64,000 bases of DNA, taken from Nitrospirota bacterium (GTDB lineage Bacteria; Nitrospirota; UBA9217). The translations under genes were made by a program, and so were the position numbers. Position 1 is the first letter of the stretch. Each line of letters opens with the position of its first letter. The notes under the pieces are model-generated. The model was not told the DNA's origin. It was given only the letters and a program-made list of their open reading frames with translations, and did no database searches. Below are positions 49,119 through 61,452 of this stretch, piece by piece. Where the stretch lies: NCBI GenBank assembly GCA_963796285.1, contig CAWCKW010000012.1:160001-224000 (forward strand), in the 5' to 3' direction.

Positions 49119-50825
49119 GTGACACGAGAGTTTTCAAAAGAAGAATACGCGATACGGATAACGTGGCTTATCTGGAGCAGGGTGGTGCTCACGACCGTTC
49201 TGGTCGGCATGCTCATTTTTTTTCAACGGCACTATAGTATTTACCCGTTTCAGACCGTATATATTTACGATTTTCTGCTCTTAGTATACGGCTTGACAGC
49301 TGTTTACTGGTATCTCCTCAGGAGAATAAAGAGTCTTTCCTTCCTTGCCTATCTCCAGACATCAGGCGATATACTTCTTGTTACCGCTCTCACCTACCTT
49401 ACCGGTGGAGTTGACAGCGGGTTTTCGCTACTCTACCATCTAACGATCATATCTTCCAGCATTATCCTGTACCGCCGTGGGGGGTATTTGTCGGCATCTC
49501 TCTCGAGCATCCTGTACGGGGCCATGCTGGACATGCAGTATTACAATGTTTCCGGTTTCGTCCGGAGCCAGAATTTCACAGCAGTCCAGGTGCTCTTTCT
49601 GGTGTTCATCAATATCCTCTCGTTCTATATCGTGGGGCTTTTGAGCGGCTATCTTGCAGAGCGTCTCAGGAAAACGCGTCAGGAACTCCAGGAAAAGAGC
49701 GTAGACTTCGAAGGCCTCCGGGTTTTGCAGGAGCACATCCTGCGGAGCGTCGGAAGCGGGATCCTCACCATGGACCTGCAAGGCAACATCGCGTCATGGA
49801 ACCCTGCGGCGGAACACATCACGGGCTACCGTTATGATGAGATCAAAAGCCGCTGGCAGCAGGTGTTTGGAGACGGAATGAAGGGGATCTTCGGCCATAC
49901 CGATTCACTGAAGGCGCGCCCGTTCCGTTTCGATGGACGGATCGTGAAAAAGGACGGGAGCACGGCAATTCTCGGGATGACCGCCTCTCTGCTCAAGGAC
50001 GAAGCGAACGCCGTTCGCGGGATCATCCTTATCTTCCAGGACATTACCAAGATGATCGAGATGGAGGAACAGGTAAGGACACAGGAGCGGCTGGCGACCG
50101 TTGGGAGCCTGGCCGCGGGCATTGCCCATGAGATCCGGAACCCGCTCGCGTCGCTCAGCGGGTCCATCCAGGTGCTTCAAGGTGAACTCGACTTGCACGG
50201 AGACAATAAACACCTTATGGATATTGTTGTCCGCGAGACCGACCGGCTCAACACGATCATCACGGAATTTCTGGAATATGCCCGCCTCAAGAACGCACAG
50301 AACGACCAGGTCGAGCTTCTGCCTATCCTTGATGAGACGATGATGCTTCTGAAGAACTGCAAGGATTGTTCGTGCGATATCCGCATCAAACACACTATTG
50401 ATCCCGACGTCGTGATACAAGGGGACGCCCAGCGGCTCCGCCAGGTTTTTTGGAACCTTCTTATTAACGCCTGCCAGGCGATGCCGCAAGGCGGCGAGAT
50501 CGTGATTACGGCGAGGCCGTTTACCCGGGAGAATGACCAGACGTCTTGGTGGGAAATCAGTATAGCAGATACGGGCCGGGGGATCGCATACGACGACCGG
50601 GACAAGATTTTTAGCCCCTTTTTTACGACAAAGACCGGGGGCACCGGTCTTGGGCTTGCGATCGTCTACCGGATCGTCGAGGACCATCGGGGTACGATCA
50701 CGGTGGACAGTGTGCCGGGTAAAGGGACACAATTCATCATCAGGTTGCCGACGATGGAGGAATCCACTTATCAAGCAAGTAAGAACAATACGGAGCAGGC
50801 GCAGACGAGGACAAGGCGAAAGTGA
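49119..50825 (+). CDS. pilS: Sensor histidine kinase PilS
   Basis: Multi-TM N-terminus, PAS, AHEIRNPL; position between pilC and pilR. Confidence 0.9.
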   Translation: MTREFSKEEYAIRITWLIWSRVVLTTVLVGMLIFFQRHYSIYPFQTVYIYDFLLLVYGLTAVYWYLLRRIKSLSFLAYLQTSGDILLVTALTYLTGGVDSGFSLLYHLTIISSSIILYRRGGYLSASLSSILYGAMLDMQYYNVSGFVRSQNFTAVQVLFLVFINILSFYIVGLLSGYLAERLRKTRQELQEKSVDFEGLRVLQEHILRSVGSGILTMDLQGNIASWNPAAEHITGYRYDEIKSRWQQVFGDGMKGIFGHTDSLKARPFRFDGRIVKKDGSTAILGMTASLLKDEANAVRGIILIFQDITKMIEMEEQVRTQERLATVGSLAAGIAHEIRNPLASLSGSIQVLQGELDLHGDNKHLMDIVVRETDRLNTIITEFLEYARLKNAQNDQVELLPILDETMMLLKNCKDCSCDIRIKHTIDPDVVIQGDAQRLRQVFWNLLINACQAMPQGGEIVITARPFTRENDQTSWWEISIADTGRGIAYDDRDKIFSPFFTTKTGGTGLGLAIVYRIVEDHRGTITVDSVPGKGTQFIIRLPTMEESTYQASKNNTEQAQTRTRRK

Positions 50826-50826
50826 T

Positions 50827-52200
50827 ATGAGTAAAATACTCGTTGTTGATGACGAACAGGGCATACGGGACTTTCTTGCGATCATGCTCAAAAAAGATGG
50901 TCACGAAGCCGTGACGGCCGGGAACGGTGCAGATGCACTCAGGGCGGTCCAGGCCGAGATCTTCGATCTGGTGATCACCGACGTGAAGATGCCGGGGAAA
51001 GACGGTATTGAGGTGCTCAAGACGATCAAGGAGATCTCGCCCGAGACCGTGGTCATCATGATAACGGCATTTGCAACCGCCGAGACCGCAGTCGAAGCCA
51101 TGAAGCTCGGTGCTTATGACTATATCATCAAACCCTTCAAGGTCGACGAGCTGAAAATAATCATCAACAATTCACTCGAGAAACGCCATCTCAGAAAAGA
51201 GAACATTCTTCTCAAACGGGAGATCGAATCCAAGGCCGGCTTCGAGAATTTCATCGGCAAGAGCGAACCGATGCAGAAGGTGTTTTCTCTTATCAGGCAG
51301 GTTGCTGATACCACGAGCACGGTGCTGATAACCGGCGAGAGCGGAACAGGAAAAGAGCTCGTTGCGAAGGCCGTATACATGAACAGCTCGAGAAAAAGCA
51401 GGCCTTTTGTGACCGTCAATTGCGGGGCTTTGCCCGAAACCCTGCTCGAAAGCGAGTTGTTTGGATATATGAAAGGGGCATTTACCGGAGCGACATCGAA
51501 TAAACAGGGCCTTTTTGAAGCCGCCAACGGCGGAACTATTTTTCTCGATGAGATCAGCGCGACGACCCCCGGGCTCCAGATAAAACTCTTACGGGTCCTC
51601 CAGGAGCGTGAGTTCATGCGGGTAGGGGGGACCACGGCCGTAAAAGTCGATGTGCATGTGATTGTCGCGAGCAACAGAAATCTGCTGGACGAAGTCGCAA
51701 AAGGAACCTTTCGGGAAGATCTCTACTATCGCTTGAACGTCATCCCCATCCAGCTTCCTCCCCTTCGGGAACGGAATGAAGATATACCGCTCCTGGTGGA
51801 TTTTTTCCTGAAAAAATATGCTAAAAAAGATGCCCATTCGGCGGCGATCAAAAAGATCGATCCTGCGGCAATGAAGATATTGATCGATTATAATTGGCCG
51901 GGCAATGTCCGCGAGCTAGAAAATACGATCGAGCGTCTGGTGATTATGACGCCGAATGACAGCATTTCTCAAGAGCATATCCCCGATACCATCAAAAAAG
52001 AACGTCCCAGTTCCGAACTCGTGCCACTTAATATACCAGATACCGGTGTGGACCTCGAAAAGCTGCTGGAGAATGCCGAAAAGATGTTTCTCCGAAAGGC
52101 TCTCGCGAAAGCAGGGGGCGTAAAGACAGAAGCGGCAAAACTGCTTGGCCTGACCTTTCGGTCCTTCCGGCACCGGCTGCAAAAGTATGGTGACTTGTAG
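50827..52200 (+). CDS. pilR: Sigma54-dependent response regulator PilR
   Basis: REC domain, GESGTGKE, GAFTGA, LGLTFRSFRHRL HTH. Confidence 0.92.
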   Translation: MSKILVVDDEQGIRDFLAIMLKKDGHEAVTAGNGADALRAVQAEIFDLVITDVKMPGKDGIEVLKTIKEISPETVVIMITAFATAETAVEAMKLGAYDYIIKPFKVDELKIIINNSLEKRHLRKENILLKREIESKAGFENFIGKSEPMQKVFSLIRQVADTTSTVLITGESGTGKELVAKAVYMNSSRKSRPFVTVNCGALPETLLESELFGYMKGAFTGATSNKQGLFEAANGGTIFLDEISATTPGLQIKLLRVLQEREFMRVGGTTAVKVDVHVIVASNRNLLDEVAKGTFREDLYYRLNVIPIQLPPLRERNEDIPLLVDFFLKKYAKKDAHSAAIKKIDPAAMKILIDYNWPGNVRELENTIERLVIMTPNDSISQEHIPDTIKKERPSSELVPLNIPDTGVDLEKLLENAEKMFLRKALAKAGGVKTEAAKLLGLTFRSFRHRLQKYGDL

Positions 52201-52257
52201 CCGGCCATGGAGTTTTTGATTGCAAATCCCCATTGATTCCGATACAATTCAATTCCC

Positions 52258-53727
52258 ATGGCATACGATACGTTAAGAGATTTTATCGCGGTCCTCGAAA
52301 AAAACAGCGAGCTCGTCAGGGTCAAGGCTGAAGTCAACGCCGAACTTGAGATCGCTGAAATTACCGACCGGATCTCGAAAGAAAAAGGAGCGGCGAATAA
52401 GGCGCTCCTGTTCGAGCGCGTTAAGGGATCGGCCTTCCCGGTCCTGACCAACGCATTCGGCTCCATGAAGCGGATGTGCCTTGCGCTCGAGGTCGGCAGT
52501 CTGGATGAGATCGGCCAGCGGATCAAGGAACTTGTCGACCCCACGAACCTGTTCCCTGGTCCGGGCGCCGGGATCATGGAGAAACTGGGGATGCTGCCGA
52601 AACTGGCAGATCTCGCCAACTTTTTCCCCAAGACCGTTAAAAAAGCCCCCTGTCAGGAAGTTGTTCTCACGGGAGACCACGTAGACCTTTCTAAAATTCC
52701 CGTGCTACAGTGCTGGCCTGCCGATGGCGGTCGTTTTATCACACTCCCCATGGTGTGTTCGGTCGATCCCCTGACAAAGATCACGAACGTTGGCATGTAT
52801 CGCATGCAGGTCTTTGACCATCAGACCACCGGTATGCACTGGCACAAACACAAGGACGGCGCCAGGCAGTATCAACATTACGAAGCTGCAGGCAGGCGCA
52901 TGGAAGTGGCGGTTGCCATCGGCGGCGATCCTGCCATCATCTATTCCTCCACCGCGCCGCTTCCACCGGCCATCGGCGAGTTCATCTTTGCCGGTTTTCT
53001 TAGGAAAAAGCCTCTGGAAGTTGTCCAATGCAAAACCGTTGACGTGCGCGTGCCGGCGGAGGCGGAGTTCATCCTGGAAGGCTTCGTCGATCCTTTCGAG
53101 CGGCGGAGGGAAGGACCGTTCGGCGACCATACGGGCTACTACTCCGAAGCTGATGAATACCCGGTATTCCATGTAACCGCCATTACGCACCGGAAGGACG
53201 CCATCTATCCGGCCACGCTGGTCGGACGCCCGCCTCAGGAAGACGCCTATCTCGGCAAGGCCACGGAACGGATATTTCTTCCGCTTCTCCAGATGGTCGC
53301 TCCCGATATCCTCGACATGGACATGCCCGTTGAAGGCGTGTTTCATAACAACGTGATCGTCAAGATCAAAAAACGCTATCCCGGCCACGGCAAGAAGGTG
53401 ATAAACACGATCTGGGGTACGGGTATGCTCATGCTCTCCAAGTTCGTCATTGTTTGCGATGAGGACGTGAATATCCACGATTATTCCGAAGTTACCTGGA
53501 AGGTCATGAACCACGTAGACCCGCAGCGCGATGTGGTCATCACCGATGGGCCGCTCGATATTCTTGACCACTCCTGTCCACAGATCGGTTTCGGCGGTAA
53601 AATGGGGATCGATGCTACGCGCAAAGGGCCCGGCGAAGGCTTCAGCCGCTCATGGCCGGATGAGATCAAGATGTCGCCTGAGGTGCAGGAGCTTGTTGAG
53701 CAACGCTGGAAGGAGTACGGGTTCTGA
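52258..53727 (+). CDS. ubiD: UbiD-family menaquinone biosynthesis decarboxylase (MqnL)
   Basis: NVGMYRMQ..MHW..HKDG, EGPFGDHTGYY, GPLDILDH, KMGIDATRK. Confidence 0.9.
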   Translation: MAYDTLRDFIAVLEKNSELVRVKAEVNAELEIAEITDRISKEKGAANKALLFERVKGSAFPVLTNAFGSMKRMCLALEVGSLDEIGQRIKELVDPTNLFPGPGAGIMEKLGMLPKLADLANFFPKTVKKAPCQEVVLTGDHVDLSKIPVLQCWPADGGRFITLPMVCSVDPLTKITNVGMYRMQVFDHQTTGMHWHKHKDGARQYQHYEAAGRRMEVAVAIGGDPAIIYSSTAPLPPAIGEFIFAGFLRKKPLEVVQCKTVDVRVPAEAEFILEGFVDPFERRREGPFGDHTGYYSEADEYPVFHVTAITHRKDAIYPATLVGRPPQEDAYLGKATERIFLPLLQMVAPDILDMDMPVEGVFHNNVIVKIKKRYPGHGKKVINTIWGTGMLMLSKFVIVCDEDVNIHDYSEVTWKVMNHVDPQRDVVITDGPLDILDHSCPQIGFGGKMGIDATRKGPGEGFSRSWPDEIKMSPEVQELVEQRWKEYGF

Positions 53728-53871
53728 CGGATGCCATTGCAGATCATGCGGAACCAAAGCAGAGATATGTACCAACGCCAAATTTCCGGTCGAAATGAAT
53801 TATGCTTGAGAGCTGTGTATTGGACAGTCGAAATTTGGGATTGTAATCCGTTCATTGGTTACCCCACATCT

Positions 53872-55212
53872 ATGCTCTTTCTTCAACTGCTGATAATTAT
53901 ACTCCTGGTCCTGATGAATGGTTTTTTTGCGGCATCTGAAATTTCTCTGCTCTCGCTGCGCAAAAGCCGCGTGCGGCATCTCGTAAAAAGCGGCAACACG
54001 AAGGCAAGGAGGATCCAGAAACTTCAAGAGGAACCAGAGCGATTTCTCGCCACTGTCCAGATCGTGGTCACTCTTATCGGCACGCTGGCGGCCACGTCCG
54101 GTGGTGTAATAGCCATTGAACGGATTAAGCCGTTTTTGGCTTCCCTGCCCGTTGAATTCATCAAAAAAGCTGCCGAACCGATCGCGGTCGGCATTGTCGT
54201 AAGCATCATCGCGTATTTAACGCTGGTGTTCGGTGAACTGGTCCCCAAGTCGCTGGCAATCCGCTATTCCGAAAAAATCGCGTTTGCTACGTCGGCGTCC
54301 GTTGATATCCTTTCCAGGTTTTTTCACTGGATCCTGCGCATCCTTACGGTTTCCAACAACTTTGTGCTCGGCTTGTTTGTTTCCTCTGATCATCAGGAAC
54401 CGTCACTTGTATCGGAGGACGAGGTCAAATACCTGATACGGGAAGGCCGCAAGAGCGGTGTGTTCGAACCATCGGAAGAGGACCTCATCCACAGCGTGTT
54501 CCGGTTTACCGACACGGTGGTTAAGGAGGTTATGGTCCCCCGGACCGAGATCGTGGCGCTTGAGGCGGAAAGCGACGTCGATACCATTCTCCGGACTATG
54601 AACGAGAAGGGGTTCTCACGGTTGCCGGTCTATGCAGAGACCATCGACAACATAATCGGCGTGGTCTATCTCAAGGACATTCTGGCGCTCCATATGGAGA
54701 AACGGACGTTCAAACTCGACCAGGTGCTTCGCAAGCCCTATATCGTACCGTCGAACAAGAACGTGAGCGTGCTCCTTAAGGAGATGCGGGAAAAGCGCAT
54801 CCACCTGGCGCTCGTCGGTGACGAATACGGCGGTACCGACGGCCTCGTTACGATGGAGGACCTCATCGAGGAGATCGTCGGTGATATCCGGGACGAGCAG
54901 GAGAAAGTGCTGCGCGAGATCGAAGAAATAGCCGCGAACCGGTACCTTGTCGATGGAAAGACTGATATTGAAAAAGTGAACCAGCGGTTGGGCGCGAATT
55001 TGCCGGAGGATGAATTCGAGACCATCGGCGGTTTTGTTCTTGGTCTCTTTGGACGGCTGCCGGCTGAAGGGGACCAGGTCCGATACCAGAACATGATGTT
55101 CACCGTGCTCCGGCTGCGAAAAAACCGGATCTCTCGCATCCGGGTCCTCAAATACGCACCAGAACACAATGGGAGTGAAAGCGATGAAAACACCACTGAT
55201 ACTCGAGACTAA
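53872..55212 (+). CDS. CNNM (DUF21)-CBS-CorC hemolysin-family protein
   Basis: [42 protein letters not shown]. Confidence 0.92.
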   Translation: MLFLQLLIIILLVLMNGFFAASEISLLSLRKSRVRHLVKSGNTKARRIQKLQEEPERFLATVQIVVTLIGTLAATSGGVIAIERIKPFLASLPVEFIKKAAEPIAVGIVVSIIAYLTLVFGELVPKSLAIRYSEKIAFATSASVDILSRFFHWILRILTVSNNFVLGLFVSSDHQEPSLVSEDEVKYLIREGRKSGVFEPSEEDLIHSVFRFTDTVVKEVMVPRTEIVALEAESDVDTILRTMNEKGFSRLPVYAETIDNIIGVVYLKDILALHMEKRTFKLDQVLRKPYIVPSNKNVSVLLKEMREKRIHLALVGDEYGGTDGLVTMEDLIEEIVGDIRDEQEKVLREIEEIAANRYLVDGKTDIEKVNQRLGANLPEDEFETIGGFVLGLFGRLPAEGDQVRYQNMMFTVLRLRKNRISRIRVLKYAPEHNGSESDENTTDTRD

Positions 55213-56068
55213 TCTTGCGGGGCTTAAGCCGCCAACGCGCGGCAAGGTGCGCGATATCTACGATCTCGGAGAGACCTTGCTCATTGTCGCTACGGACAGA
55301 ATATCCGCCTTCGATGTGGTGCTTCCGAACGCGGTCCCGGAGAAGGGGAGAGTGCTTACTCAGATTTCGAAGTACTGGTTCGAGAAGATGTCGGACATTG
55401 TCAGGAACCATCTGATCTCCATGGAAGTCAAAGACTATCCCGTCGAGTGCAGGAAGTATGCTGCGGTCCTCGAGGGCCGGAGCATGCTCGTAAAGAAATC
55501 ACAGCCTCTCCCTGTGGAATGCATCGTGCGCGGCTACCTGACCGGTTCCGGTCTTAAGGAGTACAAGAGCACAGGATCGGTAAGCGGCATCAAGCTCCCT
55601 GCCGGATTGACCGAGGCATCACGTTTGCCCGAACCGCTCTTTACACCTTCAACCAAGGCGGAGATGGGCGAGCATGACATGAATATTGCTTTCGATTCTG
55701 TTGTTCAACTTGTGGGAACGGACACGGCAGAGAAGATAAAAAAATATACACTTGCCATTTACAAACGGGCATGCGAACTCGCGGAGCCCAAAGGGATCAT
55801 CATTGCCGATACAAAGCTGGAATTCGGTCTTTATCATGGAGACGTGATCCTGATCGATGAAGTGCTGACCCCTGACTCGTCGAGGTTCTGGCCGAAGCAT
55901 GACTACCAAGAAGGCGTTGTGCAAAAGAGTTTCGATAAACAATTCGTCCGCGACTACCTCCTTTCCCTCACCTGGGACCAGAAACACCCCGCGCCCGTCC
56001 TCCCTGATGATGTCGTGAACAGAACGAGCGAAAAGTATCTTGAAGTTCTTAAGATGCTGACGGCATAG
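55184..56068 (+). CDS. purC: SAICAR synthetase
   Basis: [44 protein letters not shown]. Confidence 0.97.
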   Translation: MKTPLILETNLAGLKPPTRGKVRDIYDLGETLLIVATDRISAFDVVLPNAVPEKGRVLTQISKYWFEKMSDIVRNHLISMEVKDYPVECRKYAAVLEGRSMLVKKSQPLPVECIVRGYLTGSGLKEYKSTGSVSGIKLPAGLTEASRLPEPLFTPSTKAEMGEHDMNIAFDSVVQLVGTDTAEKIKKYTLAIYKRACELAEPKGIIIADTKLEFGLYHGDVILIDEVLTPDSSRFWPKHDYQEGVVQKSFDKQFVRDYLLSLTWDQKHPAPVLPDDVVNRTSEKYLEVLKMLTA

Positions 56069-56126
56069 AAATGCGTAACGTCTTCTTGGTCACTAAACTA
56101 TACATGATCTCGACTAGTGATAATCT

Positions 56127-56267
56127 ACCGCGGAGGCGTAGCCTGCTGTTGCCCCCTGCTCTTGCGATAGCGCGGGGACAAGCCAAAACGCGGCCATAAA
56201 CGGAGATGCCGAGAAATGCATGCTAAATAGAGTTGGAATTTTCTCTGCGCCTCTGCGTCTCGGCGGT
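56127..56267 (-). repeat. Family A element (third copy, inverted)
   Basis: Reverse complement ACCGCCGAGACGCAGAGGCGCAGAGAAAA...TTTATGGCCGC...AGCAGGCTACGCCTCCGCGGT. Confidence 0.85.
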
Positions 56268-56304
56268 GAATAATATAAATTGCGAGTCCGACAAAATTAA
56301 TGGT

Positions 56305-57294
56305 ATGGAAAAGTTCATCTCCATCGTCATTCCGAATTATAACGGGAGCGCTACCATTGGGAAATGTCTCGATGCAGCGTTCGCTTCGCGATACAGCAAC
56401 TTTGAAGTTATTGTCGCAGATGATTGCTCCACCGATGATTCCATCGAAATCATCAGACGATTTCCCTGCAAACTCGTGAGGCTTGAGAACCATTCGGGCG
56501 TGTCCACGGCAAGGAATCAAGGGGCGCAAAACAGCCGGGGCGAACTGCTGTTCTTTACCGACGCCGACTGCCTCATCCGGGAAGACGCGCTGTCCCTCGC
56601 AAACGCGGCAATGGAGCAGCACGCGAATGCGGTCATCGGTGGGACCTATACTCCCTTACCCCTAGATACCGACTTCTTCAGCGTGTTCCAATCCCTCTTT
56701 GTTCATTACTCAGAGACAAAAAACAAGGAACCGGATTATATCGCAGGACACGCCATGGTCATTGACGCGGATGTGTTCAGGAAAAGCGGCGGCTTTGATG
56801 AACATTTTCTCCCGCTGTTTGAGGATGTGGATTTCAGTCACCGGCTCCGCCGGACCGGTTGCCGATTGGTCATGCAGCCCGGGATCCTGGTGACACACAT
56901 TTTTAATTTTACGTTCCTGAGATCTCTTCGGAACGCTTACCAAAAATCGAAATACTGGACCAGGTATTCCCTTACGAACCACGACGTGCTTGCTGACTCG
57001 GGCACGGCTTCGGTGGAACTCAAAGTTACCGCTGCCTGTTTGTTCCTAACCATCCTGCTTGCGGTCCTCTACTTTATTCGGAGAAATCCCTGCTATCTGG
57101 GCCTCATACCACTCCTGTTTGCTTTCGATCTTTATTTCATAAGAGGCACGATCTCATTCTTTTCCCGGGAAAAGGGAACCAGGTACTCCATTCTTGCGGC
57201 GTTGTACTACATGTGGGTCTACGCCCTTGCGGTGGGAGTGGGTGCGTTCATGGGAATCGTGAGTTGGATTTTAGCGAGGCGCGACACGGTTTAG
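56305..57294 (+). CDS. GT2 glycosyltransferase with C-terminal TM helices
   Basis: ISIVIPNYN, DDCSTD, ARNQG, FTDADC, EDVD. Confidence 0.9.
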   Translation: MEKFISIVIPNYNGSATIGKCLDAAFASRYSNFEVIVADDCSTDDSIEIIRRFPCKLVRLENHSGVSTARNQGAQNSRGELLFFTDADCLIREDALSLANAAMEQHANAVIGGTYTPLPLDTDFFSVFQSLFVHYSETKNKEPDYIAGHAMVIDADVFRKSGGFDEHFLPLFEDVDFSHRLRRTGCRLVMQPGILVTHIFNFTFLRSLRNAYQKSKYWTRYSLTNHDVLADSGTASVELKVTAACLFLTILLAVLYFIRRNPCYLGLIPLLFAFDLYFIRGTISFFSREKGTRYSILAALYYMWVYALAVGVGAFMGIVSWILARRDTV

Positions 57295-57525
57295 TATTTG
57301 TGGACTGTAATGGTATGCAGGGGAAACAGAGAAAACGCGCACGCCGTGGGTTGTGGCTACTCAGTATAATCAGGATGTTTACAGAGACTCATGGGTTTGA
57401 TCTTTTCCTGAAGATGTCCTTTGCCACCCAGAGCCAGAACAGACTTCGTGCCGCCTTAACGAGGGACGCGAAGTCATCCCAGTTTCGGACCGAACATATC
57501 CTGCAAGTTTTGCGACGATGCCGAG

Positions 57526-58937
57526 TTAAAGGAAAACTCTGAATGCCGTGCGAGCGTATTCGCGGATAGTCCACAGCGACGACATGTTTCTCAAATGCTG
57601 CGCGAGGATGCGCGGCCTCAGGTAGAAACGGCGATAGGCGCGGCGTGGCGCCTGGTAAAGCTGCTCATTGGTGACGTATTTGAGACGATTTATCGGCTGG
57701 CTCATGCTGTCATACAGACGCCAGTCCTCCGTCAGCGGCAGGCTCTCCGCTCGGTTGCGATTAAATTCCTCAGTGCCGGGCAAAGGCACCATCACCTGGA
57801 AGGTGGCGCTGTCCAGATCCAGTTCCCGTGAAAAGGCAATCGTCTCTTCTATGGTTTCCGGGGTCTCGTCGACGAAGCCGAAGAGAAAATAGCCGTGGCC
57901 GAGATCCCAGCCTTGCGCGTGTTCCTGACTGCCTGCGCCACACGCTCTTTTGTGATCTTCTTGATCGCCATGAGCATTTTTCATTACCGACCTCGATACC
58001 ATATTGCACGCGGCGGCATCCAGCTTTGTACATCGCGACGAGCATCTCGGTGTCAATTTCGTTCACCCGGCCGTTGCAAGTCCGGGCGATATCAAGTCCT
58101 CTTTCGCTGATCAACTGGCACAGCTCCATCAGCCGTTTCTCGGTCGCAAATCATCGACGGGTCCCGGAAGGAAAACATGGTTACGCCGAAATTACGGTTC
58201 AGCCATGCAAGCTCGTCGACGATGTTTTTTGCGCCGCGGAGCCGGTATTGTTTGCCCTGTTGCATGGACACATCGCAAAAACAGCAGCCGTGCGGGCAGC
58301 CACGGCCGCTAATGATGCAGGAGAAATTCCCCTTTTCCCCCCAGGTGGCGAAGGGATTGTACATGACTGGGTTGGGCAGCAGATCATGAGCGGGAAAAGC
58401 GAGTTGATCAGGATTGGTGTTAAAGTGACGCGTCGAGGTCACCCTCGGAACGCCGTTCTTTCTGACGACGATCCCTGGCACCGATAGAAAGTCTCCGCCG
58501 GTCGCGGCAACCCGGCAAATTTCCTGCATTGTTTCCTCGCCCTCGCCGATGAGGGCCAGGTCTACAGAGGGGCTTGCGGAAGCGTCAAGAGGAAGCGCGA
58601 TAACGTGCGGATCGCCGACCACAACCAGAACTCCTGGGTCGATCTTCTTGGCCATCTGTGCAGCCTTTTCCGCATCGGCCCATTGCAGCGTCAAAGCACT
58701 TATGCCGACGAGGGAAGGTTTGAAGGCCCGGATTCTCGCCCGCAGTTCCTTGGCCGGAGCGCCGAGGGAGTAAGCGTCAATTACCTCAACGGGAAATCCC
58801 GCAGCCCGGACGGCGGCCGCTACATAGGCCAAACCGAGCGGTTGCGTTGAGTGCACGGGAAGTTCAACGCGGCCGTTCCATAAACCCCGCGGTGGCGTCA
58901 TGAGCAGGACCTTGAAGGCGGCGCCCTTGTCCTGCAT
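57526..58937 (-). pseudogene. Cobalamin-binding radical SAM protein, broken by at least 3 single-base frameshifts (possibly sequencing errors)
   Basis: PLGLAYVAA B12-binding N-terminus, GRGCPHGCCFC, YGIEVG, GYFLFGF..ET, PLPGT spread across several frames. Confidence 0.8.
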
Positions 58938-59043
58938 TGCCTTAGACTTTATTTAGTTTTTGTTGATCATAATTCAGAAGGACAGTGGCCGGGTATTTTC
59001 GAATTTCGAGAAGTGCCATGGATCATATTTTACATGATACTAG

Positions 59044-60601
59044 GAGTCTGTCGGACTTAACGATCTGATCCGACGACTATTTATCAAATTTCTGAGATCA
59101 TCAACGTTTTGATCGGTATTCACCAATCAAAGTAACGGGTGCTTTGTTCTTTCTTATCGCTATCAACTTAAGGCATGCAGCCTTTTTAGGTTCCAGGCGA
59201 TGCAGACCAAGTCCCATTCGCCTTGTACCGACTCAAAGCCTCGCAGCAGGAACTGCCGGAATCCCATGACTGCCTTGATGATGCCGAAGACCGGTTCCAC
59301 CGTACTCTTACGCTTGGCGTAGAGCTTCTTCCCGGCCTGTGTCCGGAGCCGGTGCTTCATCTTGGTAACCGCATCTGCATCATCCGGCAGCAGGCAACGG
59401 TTCACGGAACCGATCCATGAGCGGCTGGTTGTGCTGATCCCGGCCAAAGGCAAGGTACGGTGTGATCTTGTTTTTCTCGCAAGCGCCGACGTTGGTTTCG
59501 CTGTAGAAGCCGTTGTCAGTAAGGACCGCATCTACCGTGCCGAGGGCTTCCGGTAAAGCCGCGAGATTCGCGATCGCTGGTTCCAGTTCGCGTTTGTCGT
59601 TTGTCTGTTGGCTCACATGGCTGGTGACGATCATCATTGATTCGATATCGACGCCAGCCTGGGCATTATAAGCCTGCTCAAAGCCGCCGCCGGACTTTTT
59701 CATGATGCGGGATTCACCGTCCGTCAGGTTGACCTGGTCTTTACCCTTGACGCCGGGTTCAGGCGGTTGCGGTTTAGGGCCACGAGGCTTTTTGCCGGTC
59801 TTCTGTTCTTTTTCGGCGCGCTCGGCCAGGTTCTTGTCGTACGGCTTCTTGTTCCTGGGCGTAACGCTCGGCGGCACGCCGTTCAATCTCGGCCTTGGCG
59901 TCGGCTATGGCCTTGAGCCGCTCTGTCCGCCGGGACAGTTCTTCCGGGATGTTCATCCCATCCGGGATATCGGCCTGATCGGCAGCTTCTGCTTGGCGAA
60001 GGAGTTCGGCCACTTCCGCCTTGAGCTGCTCTTCGAGCTTGCAGGCGTGAGCGTAACTCAAGGCTTTATGCTTAGAGGCATTCGCCTTGACCTTTGTCCC
60101 GTCCAGGCTGACTGTGCCCAGCTTCAAGACGCCCGTCTGCTGGGCGATCAGCAGGATCTGGATGAACAGAGCTTTGAGCTGCGGCAGAAACCGCTTCCGG
60201 AAAACGGCGATCGTATCGTGGTCCGGATGAGCATTGGCAGCAATAAACCGGAACGCTATTGAATCATAGGTGCTCCGCTCCAGTTTCCGGCTGGAGAATA
60301 CCCCAGTGGCGTATCCGTAGAACAGGAGTGCCAGAAGCATCTCCGGATTATAGGGCTGCGATCCGCGTCCTGCATACGCTGCTTTCAAAGAGCTAAGATC
60401 GAGCTGGTCAACGATCTCGACGACAAATCGGGCCAGATGATCTTCGGGCAGCCAGTCTTGAAGAGACGGCGGCAATAAATAGAGTGTTGACTGATCATAG
60501 TCGATAAATTTTGCGCTCATCTTGTTCAACCTCGTTATGTGCGATTGAAAAGCTGAGCGACTATAGCATATTTTATTTAGTCGGGAAAGTCCGACAGACT
60601 C
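59044..60601 (-). mobile_element. IS1182-family insertion sequence; transposase 60520->59163 in three frameshifted pieces
   Basis: Perfect 15-bp TIR GAGTCTGTCGGACTT, flanking CTAG duplication (59040-43, 60602-05); LPPSLQDWLPEDHLARF, SSRKLE, DGTK.KANAS, YNAQ, VEPVFGIIK. Confidence 0.93.
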
Positions 60602-60604
60602 CTA

Positions 60605-61452
60605 GAACCTATCTCAAAATTAGATTTTTCTATGTGATCTAAGTTGGGTGTGGTATTATCGCGCATGGCATTGCGTCTAACAGACGAACAATGGGAACGA
60701 ATCCGGGAAAATTTTCCCGAAGAGAACATTCCCGATGGTCGCCCAGGACGCAAGCCAGTACCCGCGCGTCATGTCCTCGAAGGTGTGCTCTGGATCCTGA
60801 ACACCGGAGCGCAGTGGCACATGCTTCCGCAATGCTACCCCAACTACAAGACCGTCCATCGTCGTTTTCAGCAGTGGTGCCGCAATGATGTACTGCGTGA
60901 TGCACTATGCCAGTTGGCAAACGCACTGCGCGAGTCCGGGGCACTGGACGAATCCGAGTGCTACATCGATGCTACTTTCTCTCCGGCCAAAGGCGGGGGG
61001 GAGGAATCGGCCCAACAAAGCGTGGAAAAGGCGTGAAAATCATGGGTATTGTGGATCGCAATGGTCTGCCGCTGGCCATCACCACGCATGCTGCCAATCA
61101 CCATGAAGTCACACTTGTTCAGCTGACCTTTGACTTCTATATGATCGAAGCAAAGCCAGAGAAACTGATCGGCGACAAAGCCTACGATAGCGATCGCCTG
61201 GACGAGCTGAAAAGAGATAGGGTATGGAGATGATCGCGCCGCACCGTCACAAGAAGAACCGCGTACTCAAAGACGCAAGACGGTCGAGCGCTTCGCCGCT
61301 ACAAGCGTCGCTGGATCGTCGAACGATTCTGGTCCTGGCTTCATTGGCATCGTCGTCTCGTTGTCCGCTGGGAATATTACACGACGAACTTTCTTGGCTT
61401 TGTTCAGCTTGCTTCAATTTGTATCTTACTCAAGCAATTTTGAGATAGGTTC
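60605..61452 (+). mobile_element. IS5-family (IS427 group) insertion sequence, transposase frameshifted
   Basis: 848 bp, perfect 17-bp TIR GAACCTATCTCAAAATT, TA duplication; LTDEQW..GAQW..LP..YP.YKTVHRRF, GDKAYDS, RWIVER. Confidence 0.92.

Noticed and set aside
57372-57503. Nested hairpins (CAGGATGTT/ACATATCCTG; GACTTCGTG/CGCGAAGTC) between convergent genes
   Set aside because: Short and imperfect with no second copy in the window; may simply be a terminator region.
60985-61036. Programmed -1 frameshift in the IS5/IS427 transposase
   Set aside because: Plausible for this IS group, but additional frameshifts at ~61210 and ~61260 make it indistinguishable from sequencing error.
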